From Octopus vulgaris (Eukaryota): 64,000 nt of DNA. The stretch is from contig OX597817.1 of NCBI GenBank assembly GCA_951406725.2, positions 37,014,001 through 37,078,000 of the forward strand, written 5' to 3'. A program made the translations under genes and the position numbers. A model generated the notes under the pieces. That model was not told where the DNA came from. It saw only the letters and a list, made by a program, of their open reading frames with translations, and ran no database searches. Below are positions 53,790 to 64,000 of the stretch, piece after piece; the stretch's first letter is position 1, and each line of letters opens with the position of its first letter.

Positions 53790-56070
53790 AAAACAGCGTC
53801 TCTATGTTGTTTTTTTGCAAATGAAGAGAACATTTTGGGATTGAGTTTTATTTTCTCAGTGGCCCAACTCTCCTCACCTGCTCTTTGGCTGTTAATGATG
53901 GTCATCATGCCTTTTTGGAAGTCTTGTTTTTTCGATTCGAGTGATGCAATGGCAGTCGAATGGGTGCGTTGCTGCTGGCAGTATTTAAGTTGGTTGATTT
54001 CCTTGTTAATTGTTTTTTTTGATAATTGCTCTTCTGTTTCTGGGATTTTGCACTTATATTTGTATACTGATCTTAATGGAGTGTTTGCGCATATATTTGT
54101 CACACTATCTACAAATGTCTGCCATGATGTGTTTATGTTGGAGGGTGTGCCCAATCAACTTGTGAAAGATCATTATTGATCGCATCCCAGTCTTATTTAT
54201 GAAGATCCATAGTGTCAAATGGATGGACTGGAGTGATGTCACTGGATTTGATCTGTGGGTGGTAGAATCTCAGATCGCATAGAACCAGTCATTGTCTGAG
54301 AATAGTAGTGTTTTCCCGATGCAATATTGAGGATAGTGTCAGTGTGGTTACTGAACACTAGGTCCAAGGTGTTTTTGCGACACGTTGTTCGTTCACGAAC
54401 AAGTTGTGTCAGGAAAGACTCATCCATGAAATCGAAAAGCAACACGATTGCTTCCTTATGAGGTAGAAAAACTTGGTTTCAAGCTGTTTGTGGACCAATC
54501 AATACTGGGAAGGTTGAAGTCCCCTATCATTAATATGCTGCCTGCATGACCTTGATGGATGAAACTCTTAATACTGTTGAGGCATTCCTTGTAGCGTAGG
54601 AAAGGAGTTATAGGTGGTCTATCGAGCCAAACTACTATTAAATTGTTGGCTTTACTACAAACAGAAGCTGTTGCACAGTAGCCGTTGGTAAATACGTCCA
54701 CTGCTTCAGCTGAAAAAGAATCGTGCACGAAAATGGCGGTCCCACCCTTTCTTCTGCCGACACGATCTACACGGATGGTTGTAAATTTTTTCACTCTCAC
54801 CTAAGCTTCCAAGTGGAGATTATTGAGATGGGTCTCTGTGAGGATGGAAAAAGAAATATGGTGTGGATGGTCATTAATCCAGTCCTAAATAAATTGGATC
54901 TTCCATGTTTGGAATGACTAATGCCTTGTGTATTGAGCAGAAGTGTTGAGGTGATAGTGGTGACTGATTTTGACTGTTTTGATGATTTACTTGTTAATGG
55001 CGGTAATGGTGGTGGTGGTGGGGGTGTCTTTGTGTGATGGCTAGAATGTTCTTTTGTAGCTCATTTACAAGATTCATTATGGCTAAAAAAGAATTCTGTT
55101 TGGAGAACTGGAAATGCTTGTGGTTGTGGGTTTTATGTTGGTTAGGGGTCCCGTTTATATTTTTATTTGTACGGCAAGTCTCCGGTTGATGGGTAAATAA
55201 CCAGTTATGCTGCAGACATTTACTGTTACGCTGGGAATAGCGGCAGACTCTAGGGTTCCGTGTAATATGAGTGTTTTTTTCAAATTTGATTTTGTATTTG
55301 GTGAGGGTAATGGCAATGGTGGCAGTGGCGTTGTTTTAGATTGTTCACTTTGACGGCAGCGGCTGTTGTGAGTAGGAATTGAGTGTCTAGTTCCTGGTAT
55401 TCGAAATCAGTGTCAGTGCACAGCCTCTAACGTAGAGAATAGCGGCATATTTTGGGGTTTCGTGTGCAGGCTGTGAGACGCATAGATTTTAATTTGTGTA
55501 CATTTGTGTTTGGCAAATTCATTAAGGGGTCTTCAAGTAAGCATTTCGTTGGTTTGGGATGGCAGTAAGTTGAAGCTGTGTCTGTTGCTGTTTTGGGGGT
55601 AGTTGTTGTTGTGATTCTTGTTGCTAAAATTGTTGCTGTTGTTGAAGATTTGATGGGTGGGTAACAAACTCTGGTTGAAAGCTGGAATCTGAGAGGTTTA
55701 AGTAAGTCATCGATTGTGGTTGAACTAAGGAGTGTTAAAGTTTGTGACTGGGTCAGTTGTTCCTGCTGTGGTTGTTGTTGCTGTGCCTGAGGTGATTGTT
55801 ATTGTTTTTGCTGAGGTGGTCGTAGTTGTTGCTGTGATGGTTGTTGTTGTTGTTGTGATTGTTGTTATTGTTGTCCTGGTGGTTGCTGGTGTTGCCGTGG
55901 TTGTTGTTGTTGTTGGTGTTGACCAGTATTTGAAGAAAAAACAGATTTTATATGCTTTATAAGCTAGAGAGTTTTGTTGACTTTCAGCGCTGTGGTGAAC
56001 ACAAGTAAAGCGTTTATAGGAAGTAAGAAGATAACGTAAGAAAGAAAAGCAGAAATAAAGACGATACAAT
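53790..56070 (-). mobile_element. Degenerate CR1/L2-group LINE: ORF1 (Thr-rich tract, CCCH-like repeats) plus APE endonuclease, with RT missing
   Basis: RVDRVGRRKGGTAIFV, DRPP, ILMIGDFNLPSIDW, LTQLV..T..NTLDLVFSN; ORF1 repeats RNPKICRYS and RNPRVCRYS..C..H. Confidence 0.8.
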
Positions 56071-56699
56071 GTTTTATTCAGGCATATAATTCATGTATGT
56101 CTCCTACACACTGACATATATAAGAACAAATAAATACACATTCGGCATTCATAATAGATTCGCGTGCACGTACGCACACATGCACACACATACACACATT
56201 ATCTGACAGTATATATACATATGTATATATTTCTAAGTGTGCATGTACATTTATTTGTGCGTGAGTATATGCTCATGTGTGTGTATATATATGCATACAT
56301 ATAAATACAATCGTCCAATAAGCGATTCATTGCTTTTGGGAATATAGACAATATAAACTAGTTCTTGTATGTATGTATTTTTTTATTTTATTATATTTCA
56401 ATCTATTTTTCATCGTATGTACACCATCGTGCATTTCTAACCGATATGCAATAAAGTGACAAGTCGTTTTTGTTTGAATCAGGTCAGTTCCGGGGATTTG
56501 TGAATATGTGCCATCTTTTGAGTGTGTCTCTTTGTAGATATAGGTATTGGTATTTTTGTACTCATGTACTGAATATTCTTATCAGTTTACTTCATTAATA
56601 TAAGTGTCCAATCGCATTTTTTATGTATATGTATAATAAATGCCAGATAGGTATTATGGATACTTGTCTGTATCCATAAGTTTATTCTGTAAATCTGAC

Positions 56700-58300
56700 A
56701 TGAATCATCGTTAAAATGTCTCCTAAATAGTTACTATATCATTAAAGGATTGCATTTACTGGATACGAGTCGGCTTTATCTTTTCGTGCAAAACACCAGC
56801 ATTTAGAAACTTTCGTGCAACCCGTGGCTGTCTAGCCCAGTGCGCTTCTGCCTTTAGATACAAATTAATATCTATAACCTGGATACAAAGATTGTAAATT
56901 CCTCATTATTTCACAAGAAAAGTTCCTTTTCTCCACTTATTTCTGCAGAACATTCGAATTCAAGGACAAGTTGTCTTCTACAACAGTGCAAGACTTATAC
57001 ATCCAGTGCCATAGAACAGTATCAGGTGCATTGTATTTGTACAGAGCTACTGTTTTTATTGTAATATTCCCTAACTACACAGTTTCTTTTAAAGGTATCG
57101 TTATAATCTGTTTCAGGGTATGACCGTTTCGACTATATTTCCTACAAATAACACGGTAAATAGTTTTTGGCAACAATGTCAACTAGCATGGAATCGTAGT
57201 AGCTTGCACACATTTTGGTGCAGCTAGGGATATTGTGAATGATATATTTCATATGGTAAGATATATTTGACATATTTCATAACAACATGAAAGTTTCGAA
57301 GAACATTTATCTTAACGGTCAGGTGTTTTAAAAGCTTTCTCCCGTTCTTGAATAGCAAATGCAGAGTATCTACAAAAGATATTGTGGTGATTAATCTTCC
57401 TGTCAACATTGTTATCCTCTGGATGATTTTAGGATTTGTACATATGCATAGCACTGTTGATTTGGTGAAAGTTTCTCCTCCAAGTTTCTGCTTCAGTGCG
57501 TTAGTCAATCTTACTATAGGCCAGATGGAATACCTCTAAACTCAGAGAACCTATTCCAGAATATTCCACTTGCACTCAAACTATTATTATACATCATTTC
57601 TTCCGTTGTTGCTCAGTGGGAGTTAGCTAAGTGATAAAACGCAGTTCTTTAAGGCCGTTTTAATTAAACTTATTCTTTTGTCCAAATCCGCCAGTTTAAG
57701 ACTGGTTTTATCCATGATATTCTTGATGTATTAACCAGTGGTGATTAGAAACACTTTTCTGTTGATGTCTAATGTTGTGCATTATTCCAAGTGTCCAGTC
57801 TAGTGTCCCAAATGTTCCTAGTATCAGTGGCACCGCAGTTGTACTGTGTGATATGTTGTTGGATGCAGGCAGCTCTAACTTCCATACACTCTTTAGCGGC
57901 TTTATTCTCAACACCAAAGTATGCAATATTCTCGTCAATTCTGAGATAGCTTTAGCACTCATCGCTGGCGATAGTGGTGATAAACCTTTGATATCAATAT
58001 ACCTCTTAAATTCAAACAAATTTCCTCAATTGATTTTCAAATATGAGAATTTATCTTAACCAAATTCAAATACTATGTCCCCTGGGAATGTTCTCACCAG
58101 CTTTGATTCTCACATGCTGGTAATTCTCTGAACACAACTTAAGCTCACAACCAAGAACTTGAAGGTGACATGAATTTTCTTTTCCTCTGCTCATCTTACA
58201 ATTAACAGCGATGACAAGAAATTCACGGTCACAACGAAACATAATAAACAAAAAGCTGTTAATCTGTGACAAGATTAACACAGATTAACAACCAATCGAT
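56700..58300 (-). pseudogene. Highly decayed APE-type LINE ORF2 remnant
   Basis: Weak motifs only: GTLDWTL, VSNHH (SDH-like), TIPLK, KGRSA. Confidence 0.35.
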
Positions 58301-58570
58301 AAGCTGATTTGTTCGTTACTATAGCAGCTGCTACAATTCTTAGTCATAACTCTCTAGAACATGTAGTTAGTATTTTAATGACATCATCTGCTGTAGAAGA
58401 AAACGTGTCAACGCGTAGAAAGATTCTCTTTGCTCATGAATCGTTTGCTTTTGTAAAGTCTTGCGGAGATTTTTACCAGGGCAGTTTGTTATCTGTATAT
58501 GCTATATACGTATGCTTATATATATATATAGGCATAGAAATATAGATACGTGAATATATATAAACATACG

Positions 58571-58933
58571 TAGCTTGCTTACTAACCACATAATTCCGGG
58601 TTCAGTCCCACTGCCTGGCATCTTGGGCAAGTGTCTTCTACTATAGCCTCGGGCCAACCAAAGCCTTGTGAGTGGATTTGGTAGACAGAAACTGAAAGAA
58701 GCCCGTCGTATATATGTATATATATATATATATGTGCGTGTTTGTGTTTGTCCCACTAACATTGTTTGACAACCGATGCTGGTGTGTTTACGTCCCCGTC
58801 ACCTAGCGGTTCGGCAAAATAGACCGATAGAATAAGTACTGGGCTTACAAAGAATAAGTCTCGGGGTCGAATTGCTCGATTAAAGGCGGTGCTCCAGCAT
58901 GGCCACAGTCAAAATGACTGAAACAAGTAAAAA
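58571..58933 (+). mobile_element. SINE family A
   Basis: Colinear with 8103-8518, lacking about the first 25 nt. Confidence 0.85.
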
Positions 58934-58945
58934 GAAAAAGAAAAA

Positions 58946-58987
<42 letters not shown>

Positions 58988-59164
58988 ACTTACTTGGAAA
59001 TGGATGCCCAGGGTTCAATCAGATAATAATATAAATAATATATATATGCATATATGGGTACAGGACGTCACCAACAGTAAACAACATGAAATACGAAAAC
59101 GAGTGAGTTCAATACGCAAACAACAAGAAAAGACAAATGGAGAGCAGGACAAGTAACACAAAGT

Positions 59165-59484
59165 AACACAAACAGTTTATAATAACAGTTTCTTTTTATT
59201 TATTTAACAGGTTTTATATGGTTACCATTTTTTGAATACACATTGCAATACGTTTACCCGACTCATTGTGAACTCGTAATAGCACCCCTGGTGATATGTG
59301 TGCAAATGAGTTGGTGATGCGTTCCTTCAAAGAATTTGTCTGTTATCTTTCCGCGATTATCCATGCCTTTCAAATGCCACGTAAAGAAATCAAGAGGCGT
59401 CAGATCAGAGGATCTAGGGAATCTTATAAACCGTTTCTTATAGAAAAACAAATTTTTCCTATATATGGAAACTTTTGAATCACC

Positions 59485-59487
<3 letters not shown>
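59165..59487 (-). mobile_element. Tc1/mariner-superfamily remnant
   Basis: CAGGGTGATTCAAAAGT terminus beside (TA)n; FPRSSDLTPLDFFTW resembles WPPRSPDLTPLDFFLW. Confidence 0.7.
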
Positions 59488-59560
<73 letters not shown>

Positions 59561-59596
59561 GTGTGTGTATATGTGTGTGTGTATTTGTGTGTCTCT

Positions 59597-59785
59597 GTTT
59601 GTCCCCCACCATCGCTTCACACCGATGTTGGTGTATTTCCTTCCCCGGAACTTAGCGGTTCGGCCTAAGAAACCAATAGAATAAGCACTAGGCTGACAAA
59701 GAATAAGTCTTGCTGTCCATTTATTGGACTAAAGTCGGTGCTCCAGCATGGCCGGAGTCAAATGACTGAAAGAAGCGAAAGAAAG
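59597..59785 (+). mobile_element. SINE family A, 3' half
   Basis: Shared 3' region. Confidence 0.75.
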
Positions 59786-59794
59786 ATTAAAAAA

Positions 59795-59833
<39 letters not shown>

Positions 59834-60578
59834 TATATATGTGTGTGTGTGTGTGTGTTCAGGCACTTATATTCGTATGTATAAATGTAAGTTTACACAT
59901 ATATGTACATTGTATCTATTTAACTTTTTGTGTTCGTTTTTCAGTCTAGATTTTCAATTTTCTAGTAATATACATACCTAAACAGGAACTAATCTAATAG
60001 ATTGGAATTTTAAAAGCATCAACTGGATGGTTCCATGTGCTGCTCTATATATGAACGCAAATACATACATACATACATATGCACATACACACACATATAT
60101 ACATCCATGCATATATATATATATATGCATATTTATTTACGTATGTATGCATATGTGTGTGTGTGCGTGTGCAAACAGGACGCGTTCATTTGTATTCGTA
60201 TGTGTATATATTTGCATGCCTACATGTCTGTAGAGATATTTGCTACCGGCTAAATTTCTGGAATCTTGTACACAATTTTCTAGTTCCATTAAAGACTTGT
60301 AATTGGAATTTTCTAATTAGCTCTGTCCTTTCTAGTTTACTAAAGCTCAGTTTTTTAACATTGATTCAGTCTATATTACTTATGGGTCTCCATACGCCAA
60401 CAGTTTATCAGTGTGTATCTATGTGGCTTCCTATATTTGTTTGCGTGTCTTTCTCTATAAGTATGTGCGTGTGTGTTCATGCGTGCGCATTTTTGTGTGA
60501 GTATGTGTGAGAGTATTATACAGGCATACGTATACACCCACACGGGCGCATACAGACATACATACATACACACACATG

Positions 60579-60610
<32 letters not shown>

Positions 60611-60760
60611 CAAATATATGTACACAATTATGAATTTATATCTACCAGTCCATCTAAGTATGTGTCCATGTACATATATGCATATATATATATGTATATA
60701 TGTATATATGCATATAGATATCTATGTATATATGTGTGTGTGTGTGTGTGTATATATATA

Positions 60761-60805
<45 letters not shown>

Positions 60806-60965
60806 GCATTTATATATATATATGCATATGTTTATGTATATATGCATATATACATATTGATTATATAATATGTATATGCATATGCATGTATACATGTGTG
60901 TGTTTTCTCTTTGTTCTTCACTTAGCCATACTAATCACATACACAAATATACATGACTATAAATA

Positions 60966-60984
60966 CAGATAGATAGATAGATAC

Positions 60985-61074
<90 letters not shown>
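60966..61074. repeat. (AGAT)n microsatellite; one example of dozens of (TA)n, (CA)n, (GA)n, (TTA)n and (AGAT)n tracts
   Basis: Directly visible. Confidence 0.95.
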
Positions 61075-61076
<2 letters not shown>

Positions 61077-61421
61077 ACCGGCCGAGAGACAGATATAAAG
61101 ACAGACATTAATATATGGATGTCTGAAAAGAGAGAAAAAAGGAAAAGTATGAAATAAGACTAGGTAAAAGATTTATTTACCGCGAAAAAATTGCTCTGTA
61201 AGAAAATATACCCCAAACTAATCGAAAACAGCATTACTTTTGTAATCTGTTCGCAAGTAAAAGTACTGTTGAATTGTATCATTATCTTAAACGCAGTTAT
61301 CTTGAATATGGTCCCGAAGGTATTGCGTAGACTCAACAGCATCGCATGGCTTGAATGAAATCTAGAATGCAGACAGCACTTCTATTTTTATGAGTAGTTG
61401 TAGGTGGTCCATTTATGTACG

Positions 61422-61469
<48 letters not shown>

Positions 61470-63531
61470 TTCGTACATACAACGTACCTATGTGTATGGA
61501 TGTACATAAGAAAAACCACTACATAAAGGAGGATATATGTTATTTTTTTATCAACTGAATATACAACTGGAATTACATCAACGCCCGAGAGATTGTTGAG
61601 TGCCTTGGCAAGAAATTCTAACTCCTTGTATAAGTCGTACAAATAGTCTCAACAAATATTATAACACGCACACACAACCACACAAATACACCCGCATGCG
61701 TATGCACGTACACGGATGTGCATGCCCAGTATTTTATACATATAGAAATATGCATGTGTGAGTTTGTGTGTGTGTATGGAGATTAGATATGGTGCGTTAA
61801 CAGAGTATCGTTTTATGGCTACATTGTACTGTATCATATATCTATAGTTTTATAAGCTAACACGCATGATTTATAGTCGAACTCGCTGCCAGGAAAGTAT
61901 TATATACACAACTGGTCCATCGAAATCGGTGAAACCTTTAATAATATTGAGATGGTAAATGATATGTTCCTGGGTAATTAAGGAGGCTGTGCAGTTACCG
62001 GAGAAATCGCAATGTGTGGATTAAAAGCAATTCAAATCTTCTGTTTTATGCTCACATAAATATTTGAATAGATAATAACAATGATATGTGTTCATGGTGT
62101 TGGTTATAGAATTTTTCAATGGGGCATTATAGCAATAAAACAAAATATTGTTAATGCACCAGTAGTTTAATCATCACACGATATTGTCGACATGATAATA
62201 TTTCTTTCACTGTAATGCTTGGATTATATTTTGTATAAAGTATTGCTTCTTTTGCATGTGATTCCCGTACCGTGTAACCTTTATCATCGAAAATATATTG
62301 TCCGCAATATGATAAGGTTTATAAGTAGTCAGTTAGTCAAAATATGTTGAAAATGCCGTAGCTTTTCTTCACATTGTTAGAAAAACTTACTATCTGAATT
62401 CGTCATAACTGCTTTGGAATTAGTTGGCGTGAGCTACAAGAAATCATTCTGATAATCTCAATTCTTTAAAATAAATCCGCTTAGTGATTCTAGATACCTG
62501 AACAGAGAACTTTAAGTTGAAAATTATGCTCGGTCAGCTTATACTGATCTAGCATTTTATATAGTTGACTATTGTATATTGTAAGTAACTTTACGAATGG
62601 ACATTAACATTAAGGCATCCACGAACGAATTTATAGACAGTTTAAGATGTAACATGCTTTGAATATCTAGGATTATTCACGATCATGAAATATCATTGCT
62701 TAATTTCATATAAATTCATGATTCAATATGACAGATACGAGAGCATAGAAAGTAACCGAAACGTATATTCAACATCAATGACCGTTGTATAAGATACAGC
62801 ACCAAAATGTAAAAGTATCTTTTGGTGAGCGAAAACCGTGGAAGGTCTTCGACTCCTGTTTAAAATACATTTCTCTTTATTGCTTTCCAAAAAAGAATAA
62901 TGAACCAACGTTCAATAACTGACACAATTTAACAAAGTATTCATTACCCATTCGCCGTTGCACTTAGCAAAGTCCTCTGTACATTGTATATTAACTCAAA
63001 GCAAGCCATGTACCGTCACTTAACTCCCGATAAAATATTTGTTGCGATTCTTTCTCTCCTAAAATTGCATCTGTTTGAAACAGCCCACTAATATTTCCCT
63101 TCAGCTACTGATGTTGAAACTCAAAGTAAATATTACCTTGTGAGTAGAATTTTGTAACCTCATCATGCTTATATATATATATATATATATAGAGATTTAT
63201 ATGAGGCACAAAAGTAATGGATATTTATACATTTTATTCCAGCTTACACATTTTCCCCTTAAATTTATGAACTGGAATTAAAGGAATAAATATCTATTAT
63301 TTTACGTCTTTTCTATAATACTCTGTAACATCACACCAATTTTACTCGGTGACTAAATTTTGGATTTACAAAGTGGACTGCTGACAGTCTGTTAAAGTAT
63401 GGATTACGTCGATTTCTACATCAAGCAGAAATCAATCTAGTTAGCCAAGTTTGTTTTCTTGACAATGAACTTCTAAAGTATTTGCCCGGATCTTTAATTT
63501 CCTTTTCATTTGATACATTATATATATATAA

Positions 63532-63854
63532 AGGAGCACTCTGTCGGTTACGACGACGAGGGTCCCAGCTGATACGATCAACAGAACAGCCTGCTCGTGA
63601 AATTAACGTGCAAGTGACTGAGCAATCTACATACACACGTACCCCCAACGTAGTTCTCAGGGAGATTCAGCGTGACACAGAATGTGACAAAGCCGGCGCT
63701 TTGAAATACAGGTACAACTCATTTTTACCAGCTGAGCGGACTAGAGCAACGTGAAATAAAGTGTCTTGCTCAAGGACACGACATGTCGCCGGGAATCGAA
63801 CTCACGACCTTACAATCGTGAGCCGAATGCCCTAACCACTAAGGCACGCGCCTT

Positions 63855-63855
<1 letters not shown>
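63532..63855 (-). mobile_element. tRNA-derived SINE, family D
   Basis: Colinear with 10477-10800. Confidence 0.85.
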
Positions 63856-63902
<47 letters not shown>

Positions 63903-63919
63903 CACACACACACACACAC

Positions 63920-63957
<38 letters not shown>

Positions 63958-64000
63958 TTGCATGTATATATGTATATACACCTGTGGGTATATGCTTTTA

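Noticed and set aside
55725-56069. Host mucin-like gene
   Set aside because: The Thr-rich tract is contiguous and co-oriented with LINE ORF1/APE remnants

Overview
AT-rich, microsatellite-dense eukaryotic DNA. The SINE families and repeat landscape look like an octopus/cephalopod genome (inferred from recognition, not from a database hit). No host exon could be identified, and almost all ORFs in the track are microsatellite artefacts. Recognisable content: a 5'-truncated Penelope-like element (PLE; RT + GIY-YIG, Neptune-like) sitting between (TA)n tracts, a second decayed PLE endonuclease, four Dong/R4-type LINE fragments next to (TAA)n, CR1-group LINE remnants, two Tc1/mariner derivatives, a non-autonomous Helitron and about 25 copies of four tRNA-derived SINE families. 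Main observation: short (TA)n-associated elements carry hammerhead ribozyme (HHR) motifs. Three of them, with unrelated stem sequences (17007-17072, 49903-49963, 52220-52267, all minus strand), have the three catalytic segments in reversed, non-circularly permuted order, which is not type I, II or III. Other leads: U3-A8 core-variant HHRs, a near-perfect candidate recursive splice site (44521-44529, +), a five-copy CRE-N7-CCAAT array in the PLE 3' region and an E-box cluster at 19.2-19.35 kb. Coordinates were read by eye; repeat boundaries are approximate.
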